Assembly: GCA_052327205.1 (NCBI GenBank)
Contig: CM126208.1
Coordinates: 109,430,001-109,494,000 of the forward strand
DNA length: 64,000 nucleotides
DNA from: Somniosus microcephalus
Lineage: Eukaryota
Direction: 5' to 3'
Shown here: one piece after another, positions 61,230-64,000 of the stretch
Position numbering within the stretch: the stretch's first letter is position 1
How the letters are laid out: every line of letters begins with the position of its first letter
Notes under the pieces: generated by a model
Databases searched by the model: none
Told to the model about the DNA's origin: nothing
Seen by the model: only the letters and a program-made list of their open reading frames with translations
Translations under genes and position numbers: made by a program

Positions 61230-63900
61230 GTTGGCTGTGGAGGAGGAATTCCTGGAGTGTTTACGGGATGGTTACCTGGACAAATATGTCGAGGAACCAA
61301 CCAGAGATCAGGCAATCTTAGACTGGGTATTATGTAATGAGGAAGGATTAATTAGCCATCTTGTTGTACGAGACCCCTTGGGTCGGAGCAATCATAATAT
61401 GATCGAATTCTTCATTAAGATGGAAAATGAAGTAGTTGACTCAGAGACTAGGGTCCTGAATTAAAATAAAGGAAACTACGATGGTCTGAGGCGCAAATTA
61501 GGTAGGATTGATTGGGGAATGTCACTCAAAGGGTTAACGGTGGATAGGTAATGGCAAACATTCAAAGACCGCATGGATCAACTACAGAATTTGTTCATCC
61601 CAGTTTGGCATAAAAATAAAACAAAAAAGGTGACTCAACCGTGGCTAATGAGGGAAATTAGGGATAGCATAAGATCCAAGGAGAGGACATATAAATTGGC
61701 CAGAAAAAGCAGTAATCCAGAGGATTGGGAGCAGTTTAGGATTCAACAAAGGAGGGCAAAGGGATTAATTAAGAAAGGGAAAATAGAATATGAGAGTAAG
61801 CTTTCAGGGAACATAAAAACTGACTGTAAAAGCTTTTATAGATATGTGAAGAGAAAAAGATTGGTGAAGTCAAGCGTAGGTCCCTTGCAGTCAGAATCAG
61901 GGGAATTTATAATGGGGAACAAAGAAATGGCGGACCAATTAAACACATATTTTGGTTCTGTCTTCACAAAGGAGGACACAAATAACCTCCCAGAGATGTC
62001 GGGGAACATAGGGTCTGATGAAAGGGAGGAACTGAAAGAAATCAGTATTTGTAGGGAAATGGTGTTAGGGAAATTGATGGGATTGAAGGCCGATAAATCC
62101 CCAGGGCCTGATAATCTACATCCTAGGGTACTTAAGGAAGTGGCCCTAGAAATAGTAGATGAATTGCTGATCATCTTCCAACATTCGATGGAATCTAGAA
62201 CAGTACCCATGGATTGGAGGGTAGCTAATGTTACCCCACTATTCAAAAAAGGTGGTAGAGAGAAAACAGGGAATTACAGACCGGTAAGCCTGACATCGGT
62301 AGTGGGGAAAATGCTAGAGTCCATTATAAAAGATGTAATAGCAGATCACTTGGAAAACAGTGACAGGATCGGACAAAGTCAACATGGATTTACAGAAGGT
62401 AAATCGTGCTTGACTAATCTACTGGAATTTTTTGAGGATGTAACTAGTAAAATAGATCAGGGAGAACCAGTGGATGTGGTGTATTTGGACTTTCAGAAGG
62501 CTTTCGATAAGGTCCCGCATAAGATATTAGCGTGTAAAGTTAAGGCACATGGGATTGGGGCAAGGTATTGACTTGGATAGAGAACTAGTTGGCAGATAGA
62601 AAGCAAAGAGTTGGAATAAACGGGTCTTTTTCCAAGTGGCAGGCAGTGACTAGTGGGGTACCACAGGGATTGGTCCTTGGACCCAGCTATTCACAATATA
62701 TATTAATGATCTAGACAAGGGAACTGGATGTAATATCTCCAAATTTGCAGATGACACAAAGCTGGGTGGACGTGTGTGCTGTGAGGAGGATGCCAAAAAC
62801 TACAGGATGATTTGGACAGGTTGGGTGATTGGGCAGATGCAATATAACGTGGATAAATGTGAGGTTATCCACTTTGGTGTCAAAAGCAGGAAGGCAGATT
62901 ATTATCTGAATGGCAATAGATTGGGAGAAGGGGAAGTACAATGAGACCTGGGTGTCCTTGTGCAGCAGTCGCTGAAGGTAAGCATGCAGGTGCAGCAGGC
63001 GGTTAAGAAGGCAAATGGTATGTTGACCTTCATAGCGAGAGGGTTTGAGTACAGGATCAAGGATGTCTTGCTGCAGTTGTACAGGGCCTTGGTGAGACCA
63101 CACCTTGAGTATTGTGTGCAGTTTTGGTCGCCTTATCTGAGGAAGGATATTCTTGCCATGGAAGGAGTTCAGCGAAGATTCACCAGGCTGATACCTGGGA
63201 TGGCAGGAATGACGTAGGAGGAGAGATTGGGTCGATTGGGCTTGTACTCGCTGGAGTTTAGAAGAATAAGGGGGGATCTCATTGAAACTTATAAAATTCT
63301 GACAGGACTGGACAGACTAGATGCAGGGAGGATGTTCCCGATGGTCGGGGAATCAAGAACCAGGGGTCACAGTCTAAGGATAAGGGGTAGGCCTTTTAGG
63401 ACAGAAATGAGGAGGAATTTCTTCACCCAGAGAGTGGTGAACCTGTGGAATTCTCTACCACAGAAGGCAGTAGAGGCCAATTCATTAAATATATTCAAGA
63501 AGGAGTTGGATATATTTCTTAAGGCTAAAGGGATCAAGGGATATGGGGAGAAAGCAGGGACAGGGTGTCATAAATCTCATCATCGAGAAACTACCTATGC
63601 AATAACACTGGATGGCCAGCTGGTGGCGCCGTCCAAGGAGTATAAATACTCGGGCATTGGCCCCAGCTTGCCTGGGACATTTTGTAAAGACAAGGGAGCT
63701 AGTGGATACAACTAGACTTCCATGTTCTGAAATAAGTTGATTAAAGCCTTGCTTTATGCTGAAACCAAGTGCATAGTGAGTTTTATTACGTCACAGGGTA
63801 CTGAGTTTGGATGATCAACCATGATCGCATTGAATGGCAGAGCAGGCTCGAGGGGCTGAATGGCCTACTCCTGCTCCTATCTTCTATGTTTCTATGTTTC
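61230..63900 (+). mobile_element. 5'-truncated CR1 LINE, same subfamily as 43418-45171
   Basis: End of endonuclease through RT ORF fragments, highly similar to the 43.4-45.2 kb copy; (TTCTATGT)n tail; contains an LTR-like insertion. Confidence 0.95.
63566..63793 (+). mobile_element. Solo LTR (228 bp) inserted in a CR1 3' end
   Basis: TGTCATAA...TTACGTCA imperfect inverted ends; 5-bp TSD CAGGG; TATAAATA and ATTAAA; empty site visible in the paralogous CR1 at 45061. Confidence 0.85.
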
Positions 63901-64000
63901 TCTAGTCTCTCCACGTAGCTGAAGTCTTTAATTCCTGGTACCATTCTAGTAAATCTCCTTTGCACCCTTTCTAAGGCCTTGACATCCTTCCTAAACTGTG

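Overview
Vertebrate genomic DNA, most likely a cartilaginous fish (shark-type repeat landscape: CR1 and L2 LINEs, SacSINE1/DeuSINE-like SINE, Penelope remnants). The window lies inside an adenylate cyclase 8 gene (adcy8) on the minus strand. Seven GT-AG exons (128, 159, 271, 198, 101, 202, 90 nt; 383 codons in frame) encode the end of C1a, C1b and the start of the second TM cassette. They correspond to human exons 5-11 (numbering from memory). The introns are packed with nested mobile DNA. There are two ~4.4-4.7 kb Harbinger transposons; one looks fully intact (TIRs, TTA TSD, DDE transposase, and a three-exon Myb/SANT partner gene missed by the ORF track) and the other is decayed by CpG mutation. 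About ten non-autonomous Harbinger-type MITEs are present, along with a non-autonomous Helitron carrying promoter-like cargo and a full-length CR1 with a tandem TATA + splice-donor 5' array. The rest comprises several truncated CR1/L2/RTE LINEs, Penelope fragments with minimal hammerhead ribozymes, two solo LTRs and two LF-SINE-like elements. Nearly all other ORFs in the track are repeat-derived or spurious. All family assignments come from motif recognition, not database searches.
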